Counted from the stretch's first letter, positions 50,991-61,283 are shown. The stretch: DNA of 64,000 bases from an uncultured Acidobacteriota bacterium (GCA_963777605.1 CAVZRV010000027.1:512001-576000), one strand, 5' to 3'. Translations and numbers: made by a program. Notes: generated by a model from the letters alone, not told the origin.

Positions 50991-51212
50991 ATGGCTTTGG
51001 TTAAATTGGACTTTCGAGGTTTGAAATGCCCGTTGCCCACGCTCAAAATGACGGGTGCAGTGATAAAGCTCTCCAAGGGTGACATTATGGAAGTTTCCGC
51101 AGACTGCCCCTCATTTGAGAACGACCTCAAAGGCTTCACTGCGAGAACTCACACGACAATGCTCTGGCTTCGCGACCAGGGAACCTTCAAGGTTTGCCAG
51201 ATCCGGAAGTAA
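50991..51212 (+). CDS. tusA: TusA/SirA-family sulfur carrier
   Basis: AAGGAG RBS; LDFRGLKCPLP (CPxP), GDIMEVSADCPSF and C-terminal IRK. Confidence 0.85.
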   Translation: MALVKLDFRGLKCPLPTLKMTGAVIKLSKGDIMEVSADCPSFENDLKGFTARTHTTMLWLRDQGTFKVCQIRK

Positions 51213-51218
51213 ACACCC

Positions 51219-52799
51219 TCAGCCTCGCGACGATTCCGACTGGATTCGCCGGAGACCGGGCAGGATCGTTCCCAGCGAGACCGGCCCGGAGTCCGGACGT
51301 CCCAAGCCGAAGTAGAGTTTCCGAAAGTAGCCGTACAATTCATCATAGACCGGCCGGGCCGAACTGTCCGGCTCAATCACGCGGTAGTCGGGACAGAGGG
51401 CGTCCTGGGCTTCTTCGATAGTCTGAAACGTCCCGGCCGCCAGGAACGCGAAGATGGCCGAACCCAGGCTGGTCACTTCCTGCCTGGGAACGAGAACCGG
51501 TTTCTGGAGCACATTTGCGTAGACCTGGTTCAAGACCTCGTTCTTCTGGGGAATACCCCCTCCGTTAATTACCCGGTTGATGGCCACGCCGTGTTTCGCC
51601 ATCCGTTCCAGGATGACGCGGGTATGCATCGCGGTGCCTTCGATTGCGGCGAACAGTTCATCCTGCGCCGTGTGAGTGAGATTCCAACCCAGCGTTACTC
51701 CACCGAGTTCCGCGTTGACCAGAACGGTACGGTCGCCGTTGTCCCAGCTCATGCGCAGGAGGCCGCTCTGACCGGGCCGGTATTTCTCCAGCCCCTTCGA
51801 CAACTCCGCAACCGAGGTCCCGGCCCTGCGGGCGATAGCATCAAAGATGTCACCCGTCGCAGAGAGCCCCGCTTCGATGCCGTAATAATCAGGATGGATC
51901 GATCCTTTCACAACGCCGCAGACCCCGGGTATCAGATCCACCTCGCGGGCAATCGCCATGATGCAGGTTGAAGTGCCCACTACGTTAACGACGTCCCCTT
52001 CCCGGACGCCGGCACCGATGGCGTCCCAGTGGGCATCGAAAGCCCCCACCGGAACGGGAATCCCGGCCTTGAGTCCGAGCTTTCCGGCCCACTCCTCGCT
52101 TAAGGAACCGGCAATGAGATCGGAGGTCGAATAGCGGCCGCCCAGTTTCTCTCTGACCCCGTCCAGGAGCGGATCGACCGCAGCCAGAAATTCCCCGGAG
52201 GGAAATCCGCCAAGACTCTCGTTCCACATCCACTTGTGCCCCATGGCACAAATGCTTCTCGGAAGATCTTCCGGCTCGCGAATCCCGCAGAGAACTGCCG
52301 CGACCATGTCGCAGTGTTCGATAGCCGTGACCATCTCCTGTCGCCGTCCGGGGTTGTTTCTGAGCCAGTGCAGCAACTTCGCAAATCCCCACTCGGAGGA
52401 ATAGACCCCGCCATACCAGCGAATCGCCTCGAGTTCCTGCTCGTTCGCCAGCGCCGTGATCTCACCGGCTTCCCGGCTGGCACGGTGGTCGCACCAGAGG
52501 TAGTAGTCATCGAGCGGTTCGAGGCTCGCACCGAGAGGGAGGACGGTAGAACCGGTCGTGTCGATCGCGATCGCCGCGACACGTTCCCCAGGGACACCGG
52601 CAGCGGTAAGAGCCTTCCGGGTAGCACGGATCAGGGCGTCCATGTGATCGCTGTGGCGCTGGGTGGCATGATCCGGGTCCTCTCTCCTGCGTAGCAACGG
52701 GAACTCGGCGGTCGCCGACCCGATGCGCCCCTTCTCGCTGTCCACGATCGACACGCGAACGCTCAGCGTCCCAAAGTCCACTCCCGCAACAATGGCCAT
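51219..52799 (-). CDS. araB: Ribulokinase (FGGY family)
   Basis: GVDFGTLSVR, DTTGST, LWCDH, YSSEW, AMGHK, DAH, GTSTC, EAGLSA and WDNGDR. Confidence 0.9.
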   Translation of the reverse strand: MAIVAGVDFGTLSVRVSIVDSEKGRIGSATAEFPLLRRREDPDHATQRHSDHMDALIRATRKALTAAGVPGERVAAIAIDTTGSTVLPLGASLEPLDDYYLWCDHRASREAGEITALANEQELEAIRWYGGVYSSEWGFAKLLHWLRNNPGRRQEMVTAIEHCDMVAAVLCGIREPEDLPRSICAMGHKWMWNESLGGFPSGEFLAAVDPLLDGVREKLGGRYSTSDLIAGSLSEEWAGKLGLKAGIPVPVGAFDAHWDAIGAGVREGDVVNVVGTSTCIMAIAREVDLIPGVCGVVKGSIHPDYYGIEAGLSATGDIFDAIARRAGTSVAELSKGLEKYRPGQSGLLRMSWDNGDRTVLVNAELGGVTLGWNLTHTAQDELFAAIEGTAMHTRVILERMAKHGVAINRVINGGGIPQKNEVLNQVYANVLQKPVLVPRQEVTSLGSAIFAFLAAGTFQTIEEAQDALCPDYRVIEPDSSARPVYDELYGYFRKLYFGLGRPDSGPVSLGTILPGLRRIQSESSRG

Positions 52800-52818
52800 G
52801 GTTCAGCTCTCCTGAAGG

Positions 52819-54232
52819 TTATTCGTGGAAGTAGATGTCCCATCCCAGGTATTTCGTCGTCGCCTCGTAGAACACACGCGAAACCGAAGAGAGGTTGGCA
52901 GCGACATGGTGTTCGAAACCGTTTTCGCAGATGAAGTGGAGCAATTCCTGGAGGCCCGGAATCTCGGCCACGCCGTAACCACCGAAAGTCTTAAGGGAGT
53001 CGTCGGTGAAGCGACCCTCGCCGACATATCCGCAGATCATTCCGTTCAGGTCGTCCGTCGAGACTCGGGCAAAGGTCATCGGGGCCGCCTTGACACGGCC
53101 CACAACGGTCCCGAAGGTGGATTCCTTCCCCACCGAGCCGGCGATGATTTCCTGGTAATCCATCACCACGTCCTCGAAGAAGTGCTTCGGAAGGTTCGAG
53201 CAGTGGAAGCAGACTGCCTTGTCGGGGTCGTCACCGTAATTGTTGTTCCAATCGAGCAATGCACTCGGTGTCCCCGAAGCGAGCTGGAGTCCGTACATCG
53301 CGACGACGCCACACACATCGACTTCGCAGGCCGACGGGATGAGGGAGTCGCTCATCATGCTCATCATGGTGCACGGAACGACGCCGTAGTAAGTCTCAAT
53401 CGCCGTCCAGCACTGGACCGCACTCATCACCACCTCGACTTCTTCCATCCACTCTTCAACGACCGCGGAAAGCTTGGCCATCCGCATGAGCGCCTCGGAA
53501 GGCACCCCCGCCGTCGAAACGTAGTCCTGAATCTGCTGCAGCTTCCGCTGGACGGCGCCGTCCGAGTCGGGACGCTTCTGGATGCGCCCCATGATTTCCG
53601 AGAGATCGACCGTTTCAACCGCGATCCCGGCATTCTCAAGGAGTTTCTCACTGTAGCGAACGGTGTTGAACGCGGCCGGACGGGCACCGATTGCACCGAT
53701 CCGCGCACCCTTCAATCCCCCCGCAACGCGGCACACTCCACTAAACCAATCCAGATCGCGCGCAAACTCGCCGGAGTCGAGATCGACGGTGTGCGAGTGA
53801 GTCAGCGAGAACGGGATGCCATATTGCCGCAAGTTGTTACAGGCCGACATCTTCCCGCAGAAACTGTCACGGCGCGCCTTGATCGACATATCCGAAGTTG
53901 AGTCGGGGCTGGCCTGAATCGAGCACCGGGACGTCCAACCCGGCCATCCTCAGGGTCTCAGCAACGGCCTTCTCATCCCCAAAGTTGGGAAGAGTCACGA
54001 GGACCCCGTCAATCTCCTCCCGGTGCTTCTTGAACAGATCGGCACACTTCCGGGCCTCTGCACGGGTCTCAACAGCTCCAAACTTGGTCTCTTCCGGAGT
54101 GACACAAACCGCGCGGATACCTGCCTTCTCCAAAACCTTCAGCACCTGCTCTCGGCCTTCACGAGCCAATTCATCCGGGAAGAACCCACGATTTCCGACA
54201 ATGACACCCATCGTCATCTGTTTATTCATCAT
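52819..54232 (-). CDS. L-fucose/L-arabinose isomerase-family protein; frameshift at about 53905
   Basis: N-part GNRGFFP..LPNFGDE (ORF 53867..54241) joins RRDSFCGKMS, QCW, ACEVD, FHCSN and GFEHH (ORF 52819..53889). Confidence 0.85.
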
Positions 54233-54336
54233 TTCCTCCAATCAGCTAAAGGCTAGTGTCCCGTCACACATCATATGGCACTTTCAGCGAGGCGAGAAGC
54301 GGTCAACTGCCGGAAATCCCGATCAAAACGGTCGCT

Positions 54337-54760
54337 TCAAAGGTCCTGGAGAACGAGGTCAATGGCAACGCGGTTCGCCTCGGGAACCCGACGTTGATTC
54401 AACTGGTCGGCGGCGACCCATTCTCCACGAGCAGGCATTTGCTCACTTCTGAGCTCAATGGCGAAGAAGTGGATCCGGACCTTCCGATCCACATACTCAT
54501 GGCTGACCGTGACGAGTGACCGCAAATCCTGCTCCGACACGCAAACACCGGTCTCTTCCTGCAACTCGCGCCGGGCTCGCCGACAAGGGTGACTCTCCCG
54601 GCCGGATCTTTCCTCCGGGAAACTCCCACGTGCCATCCAGGCTGCCGGTCTCCCGGCGCTGCTGGATCCACAAGTCTCCGCAACAGACCGGAATAACAAC
54701 CGCAATCTCCAGCCGTCCTTCGCCGCCCGTCGGGCCACCTGCGCTGGATCTTCCGGTCAC
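54337..54760 (-). CDS. Nudix hydrolase (MutT-like); frameshift at about 54575
   Basis: WEFPGGKIRPGES (ORF 54497) and ARRELQEETG (ORF 54337) together make the Nudix box; HEY..V.IHFF and PEAN tail. Confidence 0.82.
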
Positions 54761-55669
54761 CCTGCAACCTCCTCCACAGGTCCCCTGACCCCCTTCCTCG
54801 ATACCAGCACAATTCCTGCGGCCACCAGTGCGCCGCCAATCAGGACCAGGTGGCCGACTCCTTCACCCAGAATCCACCAGGCCAAAACGGTCGCCAGAAA
54901 GGGTTCCGCCAGGATCAGGGTTGAAACGGTGGTGGCCGGCAGAAAGCGCAGGGCCCAATTGTATGCAGTGTGTCCCAGGCACTGGGGTACCAGGCCCGAG
55001 AAGCGCGAGGGAGAGATTGGTTTGAAGCGAGAATCCGGTCAGCGGGCCACCCGAGAAGACAGCTACCGGCAGAAGGGTCAGGGCAGCGATAACATAGGTA
55101 GGATAGACGTAACCGAGCAGGTCGTAGCCCTGCCTGAGCCGTCGGCCAAAGACAAGATAGAGGCCGAGGGCAGCCGCGCCTGCAATGGCCAGGACCGGCC
55201 CCCGCCAGTCTCCCAGTTCCGAAAGGTCGTGGAAGACCAGTACCGTGCTCCCGAGCAGGCTGAGGGCAAGCCCGAACATCCCCCGCCGGGTGAGCCGCTC
55301 ACCGAGAAAGAGGTACCCCAGCAAAGCGACCATGACCGGTGAGGTGTTCACCAGCACAACCGAAACAGCCACGCTGGTGTACCGCAGCGAAGCGATCCAG
55401 AAAGCAAAATGAAGGGCGAGGGCGATGCCGGAACAGAGGTGCATCCACTCGATGGAGAATCCCGCCCTAACTACCCGGCGGACAAAAAACGGGAACAGAA
55501 AAAGCGACGCCCAGCCCATGCGGTAGAGTGCGATCGTCAGGGAGGGCGCGCCCTGGCTGAACCGAACCAGGATGCTGCCCATCGCGACACAGACCAGGCC
55601 CAGGGTGAGGATACCGCCAAGCTGCAACGTCCCGGGTTTGTCGTGCCGAGCGGCTGCGAGTCCGTTCAT
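54757..55669 (-). CDS. DMT/EamA-family transporter; frameshift at about 54995
   Basis: LALHFAFWIASLRYTSVA and LGERL; after the shift PQCLGHTAYNWALR..EPFLATVLAWWILGE, ending at TGA 54757, which overlaps the Nudix start. Confidence 0.85.
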
Positions 55670-55768
55670 TCAGCGTGGGATTCTACGGGATAAACAACCC
55701 ACAGCGAAAGATCCCCTCCTGCACACCTGTTGAAGGGCGGGGGCCGTACAGCCCCCAGAAGTCCCAGA

Positions 55769-56215
55769 TCACAACAACAGTTTGACCGTGACCATGACAA
55801 CGATGATGATCAGCATGATCGCCGCAAGCACGAGAAAAAGGCCCGGCCGGACTCCCTGCTCCGGTTCATCCCAGTCGTCATAAGGCATTTTGTACGAAAA
55901 ATCCTCCGGACCCGCTCCTCCGGCGATCGGAATCTTGTTCGGATCAATCTCCATGCGAACGAACCGGGGCAGGAATCCCAGAAACGAGATCAGCAGGATC
56001 AGGAACAGGACGATCGGCCAGAAATACCGACTGGACCAGTCGATGACGAACAGCGAGCAAACTACCACAAAGAGCACCAGGAGGATCTGAAAGTAGGCCA
56101 GTGGCACGGTGGGACGAAACTCGGCACCACAGCGAGGACAGCGCACTTTTCCGGGCAGCCCTGTCTTATAGAGCCGCGCTTTGCAGACAGGGCATTTTTG
56201 AGTCAAAGGAATCAT
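55769..56215 (-). CDS. Small membrane protein with an N-terminal zinc-ribbon
   Basis: CPVC-x12-CPRC followed by 3 TM helices; abuts the upstream gene. Confidence 0.6.
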   Translation of the reverse strand: MIPLTQKCPVCKARLYKTGLPGKVRCPRCGAEFRPTVPLAYFQILLVLFVVVCSLFVIDWSSRYFWPIVLFLILLISFLGFLPRFVRMEIDPNKIPIAGGAGPEDFSYKMPYDDWDEPEQGVRPGLFLVLAAIMLIIIVVMVTVKLLL

Positions 56216-57430
56216 CTAATAACCCAGGTAATAATGGCTCCGATCGATTTTGAAATCCAGGATGGAGGCCGCCACCGCCGAGGACACTTTACTCCTGAGC
56301 GGCACCACGTCTCCTTCACCCTTCGGATGCAGCCGACTCGTGAACATCACCACGATCGTCTCAGAGAACGGATCGATCCAGACCGAAGTGCCGGTATACC
56401 CGGTGTGCCCGAAGGACCCGACCGGGAACAGATCGCCTCCGACAGTTGAGAACCGTGTCGCGATATCAAACCCAAAGCCCCGCCAGTCGGGGCTGGAACG
56501 GGGACCTTGCGGGGTAGTCATCTTGAGAACGGAGAGCGGAGAGAGTATCCGGACGTCGTCCAGAGTTCCCCCGTTCAGGATCATCTGGGCCCAAACCATC
56601 GCGTCGTCGGCCGTTGCATAAAGCCCGGCATGGCCGGCCACACCGCCCATCCGGTCGGACGTCGGGTCATTCACTCTTCCCCTGAGCAGTTTCTTGTCCC
56701 TCGAGTCGGTGGGTACGACGCGGTCGAGCTTATCCGCGGGCGGGTGAAACCCGGTATCCGTCATGCCCAGCGGAAGGTAGATGCGCTGCCTCGCAAACTC
56801 GTCGAGCGGCATTCCAGACACTCGGGCAACGATTTCTCCCAGCAGAATGTAGTTGATGTCGCTGTAGATAAAGACCGTTCCCGGTTCGGCCACCAGGCGC
56901 TCCCGGCAGGCCAGGTCAATCGCGGTCTGGTAACCCGTCCATGGATCGTCAAGGTCGAGATCCGGCCTCAATCCCGAGTGATGGGTCAGCAACTGGGTTA
57001 CGGTCACCTTCGATTTGCCCCGCTTCGCGAACTCCGGAATGTATTCAGTTACCGGCCGGGAAAGTACGATCTTCCCCTCTTCCACCAGCATCATCACCGA
57101 GGTCGCCGTCGCCATCACCTTGGTCAGCGAGGCCACGTCAAAAATGGAATCGAGTGACATGGGCTCGACTTCCGGCTCGACTGCCCGCGAGCCGAACGAC
57201 TTCCGGTAGACCACCACGCCTTTCCGGGCAACCAGAAGAACCGCACCAGGAGCGGCACCTTCAGTCACGCCGTCCTGGACAATCTGATCCAACCGCATTA
57301 GCCGAGCCCCCGACAGCCCGACGTCCTCAGGCCTTCCGAATCGAAGGTCAGCGGCCCATAAAGAGCCGGCGCACAGCAGGACGCAGAAACCCACCGAAAA
57401 CACTCGAAGCCAGCGTGGAAATGGAACCAT
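56216..57430 (-). CDS. Serine hydrolase, beta-lactamase family (AmiE-like)
   Basis: FDVASLTK (SxxK), LLTHHSG, YSDINY, GVAGHAGL and GHTGYTG; signal peptide. Confidence 0.9.
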   Translation of the reverse strand: MVPFPRWLRVFSVGFCVLLCAGSLWAADLRFGRPEDVGLSGARLMRLDQIVQDGVTEGAAPGAVLLVARKGVVVYRKSFGSRAVEPEVEPMSLDSIFDVASLTKVMATATSVMMLVEEGKIVLSRPVTEYIPEFAKRGKSKVTVTQLLTHHSGLRPDLDLDDPWTGYQTAIDLACRERLVAEPGTVFIYSDINYILLGEIVARVSGMPLDEFARQRIYLPLGMTDTGFHPPADKLDRVVPTDSRDKKLLRGRVNDPTSDRMGGVAGHAGLYATADDAMVWAQMILNGGTLDDVRILSPLSVLKMTTPQGPRSSPDWRGFGFDIATRFSTVGGDLFPVGSFGHTGYTGTSVWIDPFSETIVVMFTSRLHPKGEGDVVPLRSKVSSAVAASILDFKIDRSHYYLGY

Positions 57431-57491
57431 AGTGCCTAACCAATCTTCAGTCTTTGGTCGATGCCCCAACTCCGGGCTGGATACCGGTGGA

Positions 57492-58559
57492 TCAGTCTGA
57501 CTTCGCCGCGGGAACCCGGATGTAAGCCATCCCGTCTGGTTCCTTCCCGGTTTGGAAGCGATCGACGATATTCCATGTTTTAGTATCGATTACCGTGACA
57601 ATGTCCGCATTGCTGTTCGCCACGAATGCCCGAGTTCCTTCGGGATTGGTCACAATCCCGATTGGAACGGGGCTCAACTCGAAGTCCAGAAGGCGATTCT
57701 CTCTCTCAACCGCCGTGATTTCCATCGGGATTCTGGTCTCCAGCCGATAATCTTCCGCAGAAAAAACGGCCAGATCTCCCGTACGGGCATTAGACACCAT
57801 CACCCTGGATCCGTCCGGGAGGAAACGCACCCGAATCGGGAACTCTCCACACTCCATTTTCCGAGTTACTTCGAGGGATTCCGTGTCAACAACGGCGACC
57901 TGGTCTTCGGCGCGACACGCGATCCAGAGTTCACTCCCATCCGGGGAGAGGTCGAGCCCTTCCGCGCCCTGGCCCACAGACAACTTCTTGAGGAAGCGAC
58001 TCTCCGCGACATCCAGCACCGAGAGTGTCCCGCTTCGGATGTTGGTTACGTATGCCCGGGTCTCGTCCGGGCTCAGCACAACCATGTGCGACACCTTTCC
58101 CATGGTGGGAATGGCACGTAGAACCCTGCCGCGAATTGTATCCACTACGAGCAGCGCATCCCCTTCCTCCGTCGTTACAGCCACCCGCTCTCCGTCCTTG
58201 AAGAACTGGATCCCGTGAGGGCGTCGGAACCGCCCAAGCGGGATCGTCCGCGCGACTCGAAAACGCCGCAGATCCAACACCGTCAGACTGAAACCCGGGT
58301 TCTCGACCGAACCGTAGTTGGTCCCTACAACGATTGCCTGGTCCGAACTGCCCGCGGCCTCGTGGGGAGCAACTCCGGTTGCGATGGTGGCCCTGACCGA
58401 GCCAGAAGCCGGGTCGAGAACGACAGCATTGTGAGCGCCCTTGTCGAGAACCACCAGCCAGTCCTGAAATGCAGGTTTCGGCGCCTGGCAGCCCCAGGAC
58501 GCAAAAAGGAGTAGCATTGGGATGATTCGACCTGCGATCAAGGTGAATTGGCGCGACAT
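57492..58559 (-). CDS. YVTN/YncE-type beta-propeller lipoprotein
   Basis: Lipobox-like SWGC; repeats SPD..RAYVTN, AFVAN, V.V.D and G..P.G. Confidence 0.82.
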   Translation of the reverse strand: MSRQFTLIAGRIIPMLLLFASWGCQAPKPAFQDWLVVLDKGAHNAVVLDPASGSVRATIATGVAPHEAAGSSDQAIVVGTNYGSVENPGFSLTVLDLRRFRVARTIPLGRFRRPHGIQFFKDGERVAVTTEEGDALLVVDTIRGRVLRAIPTMGKVSHMVVLSPDETRAYVTNIRSGTLSVLDVAESRFLKKLSVGQGAEGLDLSPDGSELWIACRAEDQVAVVDTESLEVTRKMECGEFPIRVRFLPDGSRVMVSNARTGDLAVFSAEDYRLETRIPMEITAVERENRLLDFELSPVPIGIVTNPEGTRAFVANSNADIVTVIDTKTWNIVDRFQTGKEPDGMAYIRVPAAKSD

Positions 58560-58676
58560 CTCGAAAGACTTTACAGCATCTTGCAGTTCTGGGGCAGATT
58601 GCAAAGGAGATGAGTGCTAATCTCTGTTCTATTTGCGCCTTCCCTCAGGGCGCTGTTAACCGGAAGGACGAAGCAG

Positions 58677-59871
58677 TTGAACCCAAGGAGTATTACTCCT
58701 CCCCCTGTTATTCCTCGTCGCGGGCTGTCAGGAGGTCGGATTTGAAACTTTTCAGACCGGTGCCGACCAGATCCTCGATGAACCCTACTTCTCCTGGATC
58801 CGAGGGAAGCGCATCGGACTGATCACCAACCAGACGGGCATCCAGAGTAACTTCACCCCGGTTGCCACCGTGCTCAAAGAGAACTCCGAGGTCCAACTGA
58901 CGGCGTTGTTCGGACCGGAGCACGGAATCGAGGGTGCAGCCGAAGCCGGCGAGATGGTCACCAGCACAACACGGGTGTACAGTCTGTATGGCGGCACGCG
59001 CGCACCAACGCCCGAGATGCTCGAAAACGTCGATGTCCTCGTCTACGACATCCAGGACGTGGGCGCACGTTTCTACACCTTTATTTCGACCATGTTCGAG
59101 TCCATGTCCGCCGCCGCGGAAAAGGGCATCCCCTTTCTCGTCCTTGATCGGCCTGACCCGATTGACGGATCCCGGGTAGAGGGCCCTGTTCTCGAGGAAG
59201 ATCACTATTCCTTCGTCGGGATCCACCACATCCCGATCCGCTACGGGATGACCCCGGGAGAACTGGCGCGTCTCTTCCAGGGGGAGCGCATCCCGGACCT
59301 GGTGCTCTGGGTCGTCCCCCTCAAGGGCTGGTGGAGGACTATGCCATTTTCGGCAACCGGCCTGCCCTGGATCTCGCCCTCCCCCAATATGCCAAGTGTG
59401 CTCACCGCCGAACTCTACCCCGGAACCTGCCTGATCGAGGGAACGAACCTTTCAGAGGGCCGGGGCACGACACGCCCCTTCGAGCTGATCGGAGCTCCCT
59501 GGTTCAACTCCAATATGGTGGCGACCCTGCTCAACAATCAGCAACTGCCTGGGGTTCACTTCCGAAGCCAGTCATTCAAGCCGAGCTTCTCAAAGTACAA
59601 AGGGGAGACCTGCGCGGGGATCCAGATTCACATCACGGATGAGAAGCAGTTCTTGCCGATTCGGACGACCCTGTACCTCCTCCGGGAGACGCTCAACGTG
59701 CATCCGGACAAGCTGGTCTTCCGAGAAGCGGCATTCGACCGGCTGATCGGCAACAGCTGGGTTCGCCGCATGCTTATCGAAAGCCGGGCGGTAGACGCCA
59801 TCGAGGCCCGCTGGAAACCGGAACTTGACCAGTTCCTGGCGCGCCGTGAAAAGTACCTCCTTTACGACTGA
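58677..59871 (+). CDS. namZ: DUF1343 / NamZ exo-beta-N-acetylmuramidase, probable lipoprotein; start affected by an indel at about 58682
   Basis: The frame of ORF 58870 is open back to 58681 (LLFLVAGC lipobox, GKRIGLITNQTG). FGPEHG, DIQDVGARFYT, LDRP, SPSPN and SEGRGTTRPFE. Confidence 0.85.
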
Positions 59872-59872
59872 T

Positions 59873-61279
59873 TCAGGGACTGGGAGATTTCACTGAAGCA
59901 TATTTGTTCATGAGTTCCTGGAAGGCGCCCAGGTAGCGAATCGGATCCAGTTGGGAGTGCACCGTCTTGAGTTGCTCCCGGACGATCGGGACGTACTTTT
60001 CGGGTTCCCGTTCGAAGGCAGCCGCAAGGTGTTTGAGGGCTTCGTCCGTTTCCGCCTGAATGGAGAAGAGGATGGCCAGGCGGAAATGCAGCCTGGCACT
60101 CTGGAACCCGCAATCGAGTGCCTTGAGATACTCGGCCTGGGCCTGATCAGACCGCTCCATCCGCTCTAACTCAATGCCGAGTGCGAAATGGGCCTCACCC
60201 GAGCTGGGTCTAAGCACCATAGCCGCGCGCAAGTTCTTTTCCGCCTCCTCGGAATTTCCGTCATTGGCCTGCAGAGTCCCCAGATTGAGCAGTGAGTCGA
60301 AATCGTCCGGGTCGAACTGCAAGGCTTTAGAATAGGCAGCCTCAGCGTCTCCGTTCTGGCCGAGCTCGGCCAGAACGTCACCAAGATGCCCCCAAATCAG
60401 AGGGTTCTCCGGATCAAGCTGAAGGGCCTTTGTAAAGTACTCCGCTGCTTCCTGCGGACGACCCGCCCGTTTGGCTACTACCCCCAGATTCGCGAGCTTT
60501 TGGGGCCGATCGCCGCCGGCCCGCTCAAGCCTCGCGCGAGCTGACTCGAGTTGCCCCCGGTCAAGGTAAAGGTTTCCCAACGCCTGGGCGAGGTCGGGAT
60601 TGTCCGGCTCAATCTGCTCTGCCAGCAGGAACTCCTGGACCGCCTCCTCTTGGTCACCCTTCTGCCGGTACAACAACCCCAGGTTGAAGTGTCCCCGGAA
60701 ATTCTTCGGGTCAGCGTCGAGGAACTTTTGATAACTGGAAATGGCTTCGTCGGTCCGGCCCAGGCTCTGCTGGGCGAGTGCGATGTTGAAATAGACTTCG
60801 GCGTCCAAAGGCCTGAGCTTGAGCACTTGCTGGAGAGCGTCGATGGTCTTCTCGAACTGCTTAGTTCGGTAGTACAGGTCGCCAAGATCGGACCAGTAAT
60901 AGTCGTTGTCGGGGGCCAGTTGGACCGCCTTCTCCAACATCGGGACGGCTTCATGGGGATTGTTCATCTCCAGCAAAAGGCGCCCTGCGAACCCATACCC
61001 CCGGTCGTCGGACGGGTCAATCTCAATGATCTTTCTCGCGTGAGCCAGCGCCTCTTCGAGTTCTCCACGATGCCGGTAGACAACGGCCAGGTTGTACTGG
61101 GCTGCGTCGAATCCCGGGAATAACTCAGCCGCCTTCAGAAAATACTCGAGCTGCTGGTCGGAAAACTCCTGGGGCGTCCCAATCAGGGATTCCCCCTTCT
61201 GGAACAACTCGACGGCTTCAGGGGGCGGATCCTGCGCCAACCCAAGCAGCAGAAGGCTGCAAAGAAACGCGGTCAGCAC
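59873..61279 (-). CDS. Secreted TPR-repeat protein
   Basis: More than 10 TPR motifs (e.g. YFNIALAQQSLG, HFNLGLLYRQKG); signal peptide. Confidence 0.9.
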   Translation of the reverse strand: MLTAFLCSLLLLGLAQDPPPEAVELFQKGESLIGTPQEFSDQQLEYFLKAAELFPGFDAAQYNLAVVYRHRGELEEALAHARKIIEIDPSDDRGYGFAGRLLLEMNNPHEAVPMLEKAVQLAPDNDYYWSDLGDLYYRTKQFEKTIDALQQVLKLRPLDAEVYFNIALAQQSLGRTDEAISSYQKFLDADPKNFRGHFNLGLLYRQKGDQEEAVQEFLLAEQIEPDNPDLAQALGNLYLDRGQLESARARLERAGGDRPQKLANLGVVAKRAGRPQEAAEYFTKALQLDPENPLIWGHLGDVLAELGQNGDAEAAYSKALQFDPDDFDSLLNLGTLQANDGNSEEAEKNLRAAMVLRPSSGEAHFALGIELERMERSDQAQAEYLKALDCGFQSARLHFRLAILFSIQAETDEALKHLAAAFEREPEKYVPIVREQLKTVHSQLDPIRYLGAFQELMNKYASVKSPSP

Positions 61280-61283
61280 GGCA

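Noticed and set aside
59873-61279. Repetitive periodicity suggesting a DNA repeat array or CRISPR
   Set aside because: Explained by TPR protein repeats; I saw no identical direct repeats with spacers anywhere in the window.
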